Origin: an uncultured virus (IMG/VR IMGVR_UViG_3300012983_000042)
Lineage: Duplodnaviria; Heunggongvirae; Uroviricota; Caudoviricetes
IMG/VR virus record: IMGVR_UViG_3300012983_000042
DNA: 64,000 nucleotides
Direction: 5' to 3' (one strand)
The translations under genes were made by a program, and so were the position numbers. Positions 9,908 to 19,127 of the stretch are shown here, one piece after another (position 1 is the first letter of the stretch; each line of letters opens with the position of its first letter). The notes beneath the pieces were generated by a model. The model saw only the letters and a program-made list of their open reading frames with translations, was not told where the DNA came from and searched no databases.

Positions 9908-12900
9908 TATATCTCCTCTATCAACTTAATTCCTGTAAAGCGAAGTCCTGAGTCTTTCTTAATGCCAATACGAACATAAACATCACCAGAAAGAATCTTG
10001 TTTCTACCGAATGTAACACGCTTTTCTATAGCAGTAGAGTTGCCTGCGTACATTACAGGTGTTTGGAAAACATTTTCTTTTACTGTTGTGAAGCCATCGT
10101 ATGGATTATCTGCATCAAGGAATGCAGTAACTTTTGCGTTTGAATGTTCCATCTCTGCTGGGTCAACTAAACATACTTGAAGAATGACATCGTTTGTTGA
10201 GCCGCTCAACTTATCAAATGTATAGTTTCTTAGGTCTTTCTCAAGTCCTTCTATTCTAAACACAAACCCTGTAGCATCTTCTATGTGGCCAATGTTGAAA
10301 CAAGCTACTCCATAGAAGTCTTCACCAACTTGTCTTCCTTTCCATCCTGTCTTTGGATTGAACAGCTTAGGAGAACCTACACCAGTCCAGAATGGCTCTT
10401 GTGGCTGTTGATACACACCAACATACTCACCATTCACAGTCTCACCAATCTTTGTGAGGTCTTCTGTAGGTGTAGCTATTGATGACCAAAGTCCACCGAA
10501 TGAGTCAGGTAAGTCTTTGAATGAAGAGTTTTCATCTATGTTTCCTGCTTTACATCTTTCATACTCAACTGTTGGGTCAAAGCGAACACCTGTGTATGTG
10601 TAAAACTTCAACTCATAAGGATTATTGTACATATCGTAAACTGTGATGTAGAAGTCTAAAGTTGTTGAGTACGGTAAAACATCATTCTTGTTCTCATAAG
10701 TAACTGGGATTTCAAAGTTTTCCAAATGTAAGTTTTGGTGTATGCCATCACCAGAGTCTTCCAACACAATGAAGTTGTCTGCTACAGTTGACTCACAGAA
10801 AACTTTTTCTGGGTCATCATTCAAAAGAACTTTGACTTCTGCAAGCTTTTCAGCAGGAACATTCCAGTCTTTATAAAGCTTATCAAGACGGAGTTCAATA
10901 CCTGAAATCTTTTTGAAGTTTGCTAAGTTGATCTTTCGGATTCCTGAACACATATCAGCTGTTGCCAAGTCTGCTATAGGAACTTCAGCTATGCCCACAT
11001 AAGTGTTTGCTACTTTTACAACATTAGCCGGGAAGTATGGAGTGAATGTTGTGTAAGTGATTGTGTTTGTAGTCCCTGCGTAGTCGTTTTGGAACTGCCA
11101 TTCATCAGTCTTATCATCATACACAACTTTAACTTCATCTAATGAAGCACGGATTGTATGAGTGCCATCTTTAAGATTCTTATTCTTTACAACTATATAG
11201 AAACCTTGCCAGTAGCCTTCACCGTGGTCAGCGTATGTCATTGCTTCAGTAGCTTTTGAAACATACACAGGGCCGTCTTCTTGTGCGGGGCAGTCAACAC
11301 CTACAGTGAACTCGTAGTCTTTGTCGTCAACTGTCACAGTAAGTTTGGCTGTATCACCAAAGAAGATTAACTCTTGGTAAGATCTTGTACCATCAGGTAA
11401 ACATCTTGTTTGGAAGTCGTATGACTCTGTCTTAGATGAGTCAAGCTGTGTGATCACTTGACCTAGAACATTGTTCCTATAGCTTCTATAAGAAACAGTG
11501 TCATACTCTTTCATCACTTCGAAAGGCACTGCGCCAATGTACATTGGCTTCTTAGGCTGAAGCTTTCTTAACTCATCATTAACTTTCTTAAAGGCTTCGA
11601 TGATTGTGTTGCCACTTAAGTCGAGTGCACCAGCCTTTCTATTCTTCTTCCAGTACCAATCAAGATTTTCAACTCCTGGTACTTTTGCATAATGAGGTAG
11701 CGGTGAGTAAGTTGGGTCAGAGTAAGCACGGTCAACTTTTACCCACTTTGACTCTACATCATAAAAGCTAGGGCCGAAGTTTTCTATTTTAGTCTTATCT
11801 ATATAGATTATAGAGTACACTGCGTCAATGTTATCTAAAACATCAGTAGTACCTTCTAAATGTGTATCACCATACCAACCTGGGATCATAGTAGGGCGTA
11901 AGCTCATTGAGCCATCAACCGCACCAAACACATCATTAGCCCAAGTTGCAGTTGTATCATCTGCTGCTTTTAGAATGAGACGAGTTACAACTTTTTTATT
12001 GACAGTGTTTTTAGTCACGACAGGTGTTGTTAGAATGTTAGGACTTGTGTCAGCCTGTGAAACACCTGTACCTAAAACGTCAAATGTATAGTCACCAATC
12101 TTTATCTGTGTAAGTGTTCTATAAGGACTTGTTCCTGCTATTCCACTGTCAAATGTCCCTTCAATGTACTCAACATCGAAAGTCTCTTTAAAGTCAAATG
12201 AGTCTGCATCACTGAAGTACAAGTCGGCGTGATCATCAAAGAAGATTAGAGAGCTTACATTGTGTCGTGTTCTATTTGCTGTGTTCTCTTCAGAGTAGTA
12301 CTGTTGTATAGAAGACCAAACAGCTGTGTAAGGCCCTGTGATCTCTTCACCGCTTAAACCAACTTTTGCTGTGAGAACAGTGTTTGGACTGTACTGTAGA
12401 CAAGTATCTTTACTTGTGCTAACAGGTGTTGCTGCATTAAGAACTTGAACATTTAGATTCTCTCTTGATGCTCCAGTGAATCCTTCAAACACTAACCAGT
12501 CACCAGCAGTGAACACCTGTCCATCAATGGCAACTTGTTCATTCACAGGTGAGTCATTCTCTTCATCAGCATCAGTTGTGTCTTCAGAAGGTTCAACTAT
12601 AAAGAACCAACCTGGCTGGAGTTCATTGACAACTTTGTCTTCACTTAAACTAATCTGTGCATCTTTGAAAGTTGGATAGTGTCCGCCATTCTTTTCAAAT
12701 GACCAAGTTCCTACGAAAAGCAAACCACCATAAGCAACAGAGTCAGGCAACTCTTGTAGAGGGATTTTGCCATTCTCATCAAGGTCTGCTTTCCACATAT
12801 AGATGTGTTCAAACACATCATTCAAAGTGTGGGAGTTGTTGTAAGCAACAGAGCCTAAGTCTGAGTTCTCGTGTCTGTCGAACACAACTTCTGACATAGC

Positions 12901-15195
12901 AATCCTGTCGGACTTAATGACAGTAGTAAGCTTTCCGTCAACTATTTTAAGAACCCCTGTGTCATAAAGAAGTTCGATAATATTTTCTGTTTTGTTATAG
13001 TAAAAAGGTGAAGCAAACTCAGCATACTTTGTATGTAAAAAGTCATCTTTGCTGAAGATTGGGAAACGACCTGTAGTAGTCAACTCATCTTTATTACTAT
13101 TTAAGATTGTATGATCTTCGGGTGTACCTACAGGAATCTGATTAGCTGCAGTACCTGCAATGCCTTTGTAGTGGAAGATCATATTGTTGTCTATAAAGAG
13201 GTCATTGTACTTTGTAGATAGAGTGTTGATAACATTCCCACGAAGAATCATTGTCTTATCATTTGCTTCAGGCGGGATGTTTACTGACACTTCATTCAAA
13301 GTGTTGTTGCATAAGTATGTTTTGTTCTTTTCAACTTTAACATTATTGAAGCAAGAACCTTTAATGCTAACATTAGGAAGCTCTGCATCTTGTTCACCAA
13401 TGATAGTAACGTCATTAGCAGAGATGTGATTCATAAGAACTTTACCTGTGTTGCGTGCATCTATGTTGATGTCAACACCTGAAAGATCTAAGTCAGAGAG
13501 GATCACAATACCTTTTGATGTAATGTCAACACTACCAACATTCATCAACTTCAAGTGGCACAACTCAGAGATTTTGCCTTCTTCAGGGCTTACAGTCAAT
13601 GCTTGGTGTTGAAGGTCGATAGTTGTAGCAAAGTGGTCGCCTTCAATGATAGCATTAGAGAACATAGAGATGTCAAGACCACCGTTGATGATGTAATGAC
13701 CTGCTCTTAAGTAGATTGTACCTTTAAGATCTTTTCCATACTTTGACTTAACTTGCTCAAGAATGTCGTTAAGGTACCAATCTTCTTTATTCTTTACAAT
13801 GTAATCTGCTGACTTAATGTCTGTACCATCTTCTACAGCAATCACTACAGAGAATGTACGAGGTCCGTAGTAGTCAGGTGTAATTACATCAGAGAATGTT
13901 GCAAGAGCTGCTGTACCTAATTGAACCGAAGGTGGAAGGCGTCCGTTGATAGTAACGACTGGGAAACCAAAGTTGCCTAACAAGTCTTCTTTAGGAAGGA
14001 ATGGCTGATACTGCTTGTCTTGGTCGCTCCAATATAAAAGTAATGTTGTGATGATCTTCTCTGATGATGAAACATTGAATGTAAGTACTTCATCAACCAA
14101 GTTCTTTACTTTCAACACAACAAAAGCCCGGTCATTCAACCAAACTTTATAAAGTTGCCATTCATTACCTGTGATGTTTACTGGGTCTTGTGCTACATCG
14201 TTCTCGTAGCCTATAGCATTCCCAGAGTTGATTTCTATTCTATATATCGCTGTTGGGTCAAGCTTTTGAGACGCAAACAGAATCTCATAGTTGTCGTTTG
14301 CTTCAAATGCTGTTGTCTTATTAGAAAGTAGTGTACCAATCTCTGAGTTGGAAGCTTGGTCATAGCCTTTAACCGCATCTTGATTAGAAGTGTATGTAAG
14401 TGGAACAATCTTTTCAAAAGAAAGAGCAATACCTTCGTTCTTATCAGCACCGTCCCAGCCAAACACATCTACGAAGTCTTTTTGGATTTCATTTGCTTTG
14501 TCTACAATATGTTGGTAAAGCGTTCTTCCTTCAGAGCCATTCGTGATAGTACAAAAGCCTGCATAGATTTCCACATTGTCAAGAGGTAAGATAGCACCAT
14601 CATAACCATAAGTATCTTGTCGGAATCCATTACCACCAACATATTGGTAGAAAGAGATTAGTGGAGGGTGCTCGTGATCTACTCCATCAGGCAACTCACC
14701 ATAAAAAGTAACTATACCTGAGTATGTATCAACATTCCAGTCACCAACACCAAATGGGATGCGTTTACCATCTTCAGTCTTGAGAACATAGTTGTAGTAC
14801 TCTTCAAAGTAGTTGAAAGGGATTATGTCTTTAATTTGATTGCCTTCAAGGTCTGCAATCAAGAATGCATTGTCAGTACCTTTATCAATCATTGTAAGTG
14901 GGAGATCAATCCATCTTTTTACAAGTGGGACTTTATTTTGGTCTTCACTGATGTAATGATAGAAGATTGGATCTCTACCATCAATACCCATATTTATAAT
15001 ATATTCAATATTGTCTTTCCCGCCAGTGGCATCAGTGCCATCAGGGATTCTGTCTGAATAAGTCCATAGTTGGTCAGGTCTTACTACAAAAGAAGATTTA
15101 ATTGCTTCTTCAAAAAACTCACGATTATCACGAGTTGAGCCTGCACCAAGATAATGCTTAAATAGCAAGTCAGATTTTTGCTTTGTTGTTAACAT
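9907..15195 (-). CDS. large virion/fibre protein (1762 aa)
   Basis: Shared N-domain (PFGVGDWNVD...FYQYVG), beta-helix-like middle, KADLDENGKIPLQELP module, shared C-domain (PYDG...VTFG...VYVRIGI). Confidence 0.65.
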   Translation of the reverse strand: MLTTKQKSDLLFKHYLGAGSTRDNREFFEEAIKSSFVVRPDQLWTYSDRIPDGTDATGGKDNIEYIINMGIDGRDPIFYHYISEDQNKVPLVKRWIDLPLTMIDKGTDNAFLIADLEGNQIKDIIPFNYFEEYYNYVLKTEDGKRIPFGVGDWNVDTYSGIVTFYGELPDGVDHEHPPLISFYQYVGGNGFRQDTYGYDGAILPLDNVEIYAGFCTITNGSEGRTLYQHIVDKANEIQKDFVDVFGWDGADKNEGIALSFEKIVPLTYTSNQDAVKGYDQASNSEIGTLLSNKTTAFEANDNYEILFASQKLDPTAIYRIEINSGNAIGYENDVAQDPVNITGNEWQLYKVWLNDRAFVVLKVKNLVDEVLTFNVSSSEKIITTLLLYWSDQDKQYQPFLPKEDLLGNFGFPVVTINGRLPPSVQLGTAALATFSDVITPDYYGPRTFSVVIAVEDGTDIKSADYIVKNKEDWYLNDILEQVKSKYGKDLKGTIYLRAGHYIINGGLDISMFSNAIIEGDHFATTIDLQHQALTVSPEEGKISELCHLKLMNVGSVDITSKGIVILSDLDLSGVDINIDARNTGKVLMNHISANDVTIIGEQDAELPNVSIKGSCFNNVKVEKNKTYLCNNTLNEVSVNIPPEANDKTMILRGNVINTLSTKYNDLFIDNNMIFHYKGIAGTAANQIPVGTPEDHTILNSNKDELTTTGRFPIFSKDDFLHTKYAEFASPFYYNKTENIIELLYDTGVLKIVDGKLTTVIKSDRIAMSEVVFDRHENSDLGSVAYNNSHTLNDVFEHIYMWKADLDENGKIPLQELPDSVAYGGLLFVGTWSFEKNGGHYPTFKDAQISLSEDKVVNELQPGWFFIVEPSEDTTDADEENDSPVNEQVAIDGQVFTAGDWLVFEGFTGASRENLNVQVLNAATPVSTSKDTCLQYSPNTVLTAKVGLSGEEITGPYTAVWSSIQQYYSEENTANRTRHNVSSLIFFDDHADLYFSDADSFDFKETFDVEYIEGTFDSGIAGTSPYRTLTQIKIGDYTFDVLGTGVSQADTSPNILTTPVVTKNTVNKKVVTRLILKAADDTTATWANDVFGAVDGSMSLRPTMIPGWYGDTHLEGTTDVLDNIDAVYSIIYIDKTKIENFGPSFYDVESKWVKVDRAYSDPTYSPLPHYAKVPGVENLDWYWKKNRKAGALDLSGNTIIEAFKKVNDELRKLQPKKPMYIGAVPFEVMKEYDTVSYRSYRNNVLGQVITQLDSSKTESYDFQTRCLPDGTRSYQELIFFGDTAKLTVTVDDKDYEFTVGVDCPAQEDGPVYVSKATEAMTYADHGEGYWQGFYIVVKNKNLKDGTHTIRASLDEVKVVYDDKTDEWQFQNDYAGTTNTITYTTFTPYFPANVVKVANTYVGIAEVPIADLATADMCSGIRKINLANFKKISGIELRLDKLYKDWNVPAEKLAEVKVLLNDDPEKVFCESTVADNFIVLEDSGDGIHQNLHLENFEIPVTYENKNDVLPYSTTLDFYITVYDMYNNPYELKFYTYTGVRFDPTVEYERCKAGNIDENSSFKDLPDSFGGLWSSIATPTEDLTKIGETVNGEYVGVYQQPQEPFWTGVGSPKLFNPKTGWKGRQVGEDFYGVACFNIGHIEDATGFVFRIEGLEKDLRNYTFDKLSGSTNDVILQVCLVDPAEMEHSNAKVTAFLDADNPYDGFTTVKENVFQTPVMYAGNSTAIEKRVTFGRNKILSGDVYVRIGIKKDSGLRFTGIKLIEEI

Positions 15196-15241
15196 TATGT
15201 TCCTCTTTTATAAAAAATTAGTAAATATATTCCTATTCCTA

Positions 15242-15277
15242 TTATTATTATTATTGTTCCAATATAGCTAAAAAAGT
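15242..15277 (+). repeat. 36-bp repeat, copy 1 (inverted relative to 26872-26907)
   Basis: ttattattattattgttccaatatagctaaaaaagt. Confidence 0.9.
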
Positions 15278-15287
15278 GGGCTAAATT

Positions 15288-15316
15288 TTGAACTTCTTCA
15301 TCAAGTCTTTTATATT
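15288..15316 (+). promoter_or_regulatory. class-1 (early) promoter
   Basis: TTGAAC-N17-TATATT. Confidence 0.8.
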
Positions 15317-15364
15317 ATTATTGTAAAAACAAAACAAAACAAACAACCTACAAGGAGGCCAAAT

Positions 15365-15595
15365 ATGGCAAAGACAGTTAAAATCGTTCGCAAATTCAAC
15401 ACAACACTAGCAATCCAAAACGGAACAGGCAACTACAAAAACAACTTAACTCTTAAAGAAGCTGCAACTGAACTTGGTGTTAGCCGCTACAACTTATACA
15501 AAAACTACATCAACACGTCAGTTGACCGTGAAGGATTAAATCGCTTCCCAATGGACAACGGCAGAACACTTCTCGTAATCAACAACGCAAAATAA
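15365..15595 (+). CDS. small helix-turn-helix DNA-binding protein
   Basis: LTLKEAATELGVSRYNLYK HTH pattern; AAGGAGG SD. Confidence 0.65.
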   Translation: MAKTVKIVRKFNTTLAIQNGTGNYKNNLTLKEAATELGVSRYNLYKNYINTSVDREGLNRFPMDNGRTLLVINNAK

Positions 15596-15618
15596 AAATT
15601 ATCAGTCTGGATGAAGAA

Positions 15619-15647
15619 TTGAACTTCTCCAGACTTTCTTTTATATT
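15619..15647 (+). promoter_or_regulatory. class-1 (early) promoter overlapped by a hairpin (15604-15635)
   Basis: TTGAAC-N17-TATATT; AGTCTGGA...TCCAGACT arms enclose the -35. Confidence 0.75.
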
Positions 15648-15664
15648 ATTTGAAAAGGAGACTT

Positions 15665-15889
15665 ATGAAAAAGATTATATTTTTAGCTATGATGCTTTTC
15701 TCTTTCTCTGCATTCGCTGAAAACTCAAGCGATATGATGACTTGGTCAGAGTTTGAAAGTCTTTGCGTAAAAGTTTATGGACAATATCCTTTTGAACTCT
15801 TTGGTGAAAGACAGATGGAAGCATTTGAATACTATGCATCTAATCCACAATGCTTTGTTGCAGATGAAGAATTAGAAGACTTATTATAG
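15665..15889 (+). CDS. small secreted/periplasmic protein
   Basis: MKKIIFLAMMLFSFSAFA signal peptide with an AFA cleavage site; AGGAG SD. Confidence 0.7.
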   Translation: MKKIIFLAMMLFSFSAFAENSSDMMTWSEFESLCVKVYGQYPFELFGERQMEAFEYYASNPQCFVADEELEDLL

Positions 15890-15947
15890 TTGCGCCGCAC
15901 ATGTTAGGATTATGACTTAATCATAATCATCTTTGGAGGAACTTAAT

Positions 15948-16712
15948 ATGGCGCAAACAAAAGACTTTTATGATTATCAAATGGCTGTTGACTATGTCAC
16001 AGCAAAGGAACGAGGCGATAAAAAGAAAATTGTTGAACTTCAACATAAGACTTACAATCAATACATCAACTTAGCTCATAAGATGAAGTGGGATCTAGTA
16101 AAACGTCTAGAGAAAACATACTTGACAACTGAACAGATTTTTGACATTACTGATAGCTATGAATCAGACATTTACTCTGAACTTGTAAAAGCTATGGATA
16201 GCATCAAGATTGAAAAAATTCCTGCTAAAATAAATAGTCAAGGAAAAAGAACTTGGACATTTTACGCTGCTTACTGGGGCTACTTGATGACTTATAATCG
16301 TGACTTTACTAAAAAGCTTATTGAACAAGCAAAGAACGAAATGCTTACCGACTATAATCAGCCGGGAGGTGGGCCAAGCGAACACAATGGTGATGCTAAC
16401 AACTACTTAAATCAGAACAAAGCTGCTTTAATAGTTGATGAACTTGTAGCAAGCTCTCCTGAAAAGATTTATGAAGAACAGAATGAAAAAAAGATTTTCT
16501 GGAAAGCAGTTGACAACTGTTTGAACAAACGCTTTAATGCTACACAAGTAAAGATTTGGAATACTCGTGCAAAGTTTGTAGATGAAAAGTATAAGTCAGT
16601 TGCTACCATCTGTAAAGATCTTAATATCTCACCAAAAGAATATCATCGTGAAATGCGTGCGATAAAAGAACTATTTGATACTGAAATAAAAAATCTTTCA
16701 AATGTTTATTAA
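15948..16712 (+). CDS. divergent sigma-70-family factor (phage sigma-like)
   Basis: Region-2-like WTFYAAYWGYL; C-terminal region-4-like HTH SVATICKDLNISPKEYHREMRAIKELF; GGAGG SD before ATG 15948. Confidence 0.55.
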   Translation: MAQTKDFYDYQMAVDYVTAKERGDKKKIVELQHKTYNQYINLAHKMKWDLVKRLEKTYLTTEQIFDITDSYESDIYSELVKAMDSIKIEKIPAKINSQGKRTWTFYAAYWGYLMTYNRDFTKKLIEQAKNEMLTDYNQPGGGPSEHNGDANNYLNQNKAALIVDELVASSPEKIYEEQNEKKIFWKAVDNCLNKRFNATQVKIWNTRAKFVDEKYKSVATICKDLNISPKEYHREMRAIKELFDTEIKNLSNVY

Positions 16713-16749
16713 GTCATCAACTATTACTAACTATTAAAGAGGAATACAA

Positions 16750-17973
16750 ATGTTCTTAGTTAGTAATAGTGACAATTTAACTATACCCAACTTTTTGCAG
16801 GCTTTAGGTTTTATGCCTCCTGCAGGAATGACAGTTGATGAGATTGTAATCCAACAAGATTCACAAGCCCAAGCTCAGAATACTTTAGAAAATTATGGAT
16901 TTGAAGTTAAAGAAATCAATCCAAACTATAAAACAATAAGCTATCAGAAAAAAGATCCAAAACTTTCACATTCTTTCTCTGATAATTACGTTGTACCTGA
17001 AGTTGCAGCGGCTGAATTGGCTGAGTTTCCAAAACACATTCAAGCAAACGGACAAATCCCTAGTGGACAGCCAACACCTCAATTAACTGTTATTAAATCA
17101 CCAGTAAAAGGAATAACAATTCTTGAGAATAAAGAATGTTTTTTACTTCGTATCGATGAAGACGGTAGAGTTTTACCAAAAGGTTCATTCTTAAAACTTG
17201 TTGAGAATGAAGAAGACCTTTCAACCTCAGGCATCGATGATTCAAATGAAGTTGATGGAAAAGATGTTGGTAGTATCGCAAAAGCTGCAATGTTCGCCAA
17301 TCTTTTTGCTAATGATCTAAAGCATATGCATTGGCACGCATCAGGAACTGAGTTTGACAAAATCCATTCAATTACAGAAGAACTTTATGAAGAGGCTCTC
17401 GCTGAAGCAGATGAGATTGCAGAGATTGCTATTGCTGCTGGTGAAAAGATGGGAAACATCTCTGATGTAAAATCTTTCATTGAAACAGGTGAGTCTGGTG
17501 AATGGGAAGTCGTATCAGAAGATGCAATTACTTGGCCTGCTTTTGTTGACTATCTGAAAGATCGTGGTGAAAAGTACATTGATGCTCTTAATGACATCAA
17601 AGATGAAGACTCTGTAATAGAAGATTACATCCACTTCTGGAATAAAGAAATCAACTATAAAAACGCTGCTCGCGCATTCTTGGACCAGCCTATGGAAGCT
17701 GACTATATTGATGCTGCAGCTGAAGCAGCAAACTATCTTGGACCAAGAGAAGATGAAGCTGATGAAAGTCTTTCAGATGATGTAGTTGATATGTATATTT
17801 ACGCTGATGCAAAAGCAAACAACTCATCTTGGAATGGATTTGAAACTATGTCAAGTGATATGATTGTTAGCGGCGGAGAAGAAGTTTCTGAAGAGGACTT
17901 AGAAAACTTTGACTCTGAGTCTGACAAGTTTGACTTTGATGATGTAGATGATGAGGAGAAAGATGATGAATAA
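16750..17973 (+). CDS. acidic protein containing a Dps/ferritin-like domain
   Basis: KHMHWHASGTEFDKIHSITEELYEEALAEADEIAE matches the Dps HW..G..F...H...E.Y......D.IAE pattern. Confidence 0.7.
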   Translation: MFLVSNSDNLTIPNFLQALGFMPPAGMTVDEIVIQQDSQAQAQNTLENYGFEVKEINPNYKTISYQKKDPKLSHSFSDNYVVPEVAAAELAEFPKHIQANGQIPSGQPTPQLTVIKSPVKGITILENKECFLLRIDEDGRVLPKGSFLKLVENEEDLSTSGIDDSNEVDGKDVGSIAKAAMFANLFANDLKHMHWHASGTEFDKIHSITEELYEEALAEADEIAEIAIAAGEKMGNISDVKSFIETGESGEWEVVSEDAITWPAFVDYLKDRGEKYIDALNDIKDEDSVIEDYIHFWNKEINYKNAARAFLDQPMEADYIDAAAEAANYLGPREDEADESLSDDVVDMYIYADAKANNSSWNGFETMSSDMIVSGGEEVSEEDLENFDSESDKFDFDDVDDEEKDDE

Positions 17974-18499
17974 CTTTGATGAAATCCTTGCTTGTGACAA
18001 ATCATTAAAAGAAGGCTATGCTGTTCAAAACATTGATGAAAAGAATCAAAAAGTAATTGAAGCTCTTAGAACAGGCCTTAAGAATAACATCGATAAATGC
18101 TTAAAAGAAATTGACTCTCTTAAGTCTGCTATCTCGTTCTACCGTGACTCTATTACAGATTACGTTGATTTGTCAATCGAGAAAAGCGATATAGTTGCTA
18201 AGTACTCAAAAACAAACAATGGTGGAACATATAATCTTCCAGGTGTGTTTGCATCATCTATGGGCGCGTATGATCTTGACGCAATGAGAGCTGACAATCA
18301 AAGAATTGAAAAAGTTAAAAGTTTGCATAGCGTTGCAGAAGGACAGAAAGATACTTACTTTAAGATGATCGTTCGCGCACAAAATGAAATGAAACTTTAC
18401 CTTACAGCTATAGCTCGTATCAACAATGATATAGAGATTTACCTTGAACAACTTTCTCAAGAAACTTCTTGGGAATCAAATAAACAAATAAAGAAATAG
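17966..18499 (+). CDS. hypothetical coiled-coil protein
   Basis: GGAG SD; overlaps the upstream stop. Confidence 0.65.
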   Translation: MNNFDEILACDKSLKEGYAVQNIDEKNQKVIEALRTGLKNNIDKCLKEIDSLKSAISFYRDSITDYVDLSIEKSDIVAKYSKTNNGGTYNLPGVFASSMGAYDLDAMRADNQRIEKVKSLHSVAEGQKDTYFKMIVRAQNEMKLYLTAIARINNDIEIYLEQLSQETSWESNKQIKK

Positions 18500-18513
18500 A
18501 GATAATACTACAA

Positions 18514-19095
18514 ATGGAAGAAAAATATTTTAGATTTAATGCTGCAGATGACCGCGAAGATACACTTTGGGGATATGCTAAGGGTAATGGAAGATTCATT
18601 ACAGCTGATGAAAAAGAAATTACTTTAAAAAATATCAAGAAAGTTGATTTTGAAACAGCTAAAGATACTCTTGCGAATTGGATAAGTAAAACTATGGCTA
18701 TAGCGTATGATGATGACATTGATGAAGTAGTTTCACTTGCATTTAGTAAAGGTCACGCTGTTGGGAAATTTAGAGAACTTGGTGAATATTATATATGTAC
18801 AGTAGAAGCAACAGATAATCCGTTAGTAGATTGGGAAGAAGTTGAAGATGGCTTCAATGAAGAGGGAAACGAAAAGGGTGGTCCTTACACAGGGCGTGAT
18901 GCTATAAACGGCGAGGCACCTTATGCTAAGGCTGAAAGACTTTGGAAAGAAGCTACAGGTAAAGAGCCAACTGCGCCACTTGCAGGTTTGACTAACCAAA
19001 AAAGAGCAATCCATAAAGACGGCCGTTATATCGTTATAGATATATCGCGCTCTGACGAAGAGATTAAAGAAGCGATAAGAGACTTCTTAGCTTAA
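18514..19095 (+). CDS. hypothetical protein
   Basis: 193-aa ORF, co-oriented, ends at a terminator. Confidence 0.7.
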   Translation: MEEKYFRFNAADDREDTLWGYAKGNGRFITADEKEITLKNIKKVDFETAKDTLANWISKTMAIAYDDDIDEVVSLAFSKGHAVGKFRELGEYYICTVEATDNPLVDWEEVEDGFNEEGNEKGGPYTGRDAINGEAPYAKAERLWKEATGKEPTAPLAGLTNQKRAIHKDGRYIVIDISRSDEEIKEAIRDFLA

Positions 19096-19100
19096 AATAA

Positions 19101-19127
19101 AAGGCGAGCTTAATGCTCGCCTTATTT
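19101..19127. terminator. bidirectional intrinsic terminator
   Basis: AAGGCGAGC-TTAAT-GCTCGCCTT flanked by A/T tracts. Confidence 0.8.
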
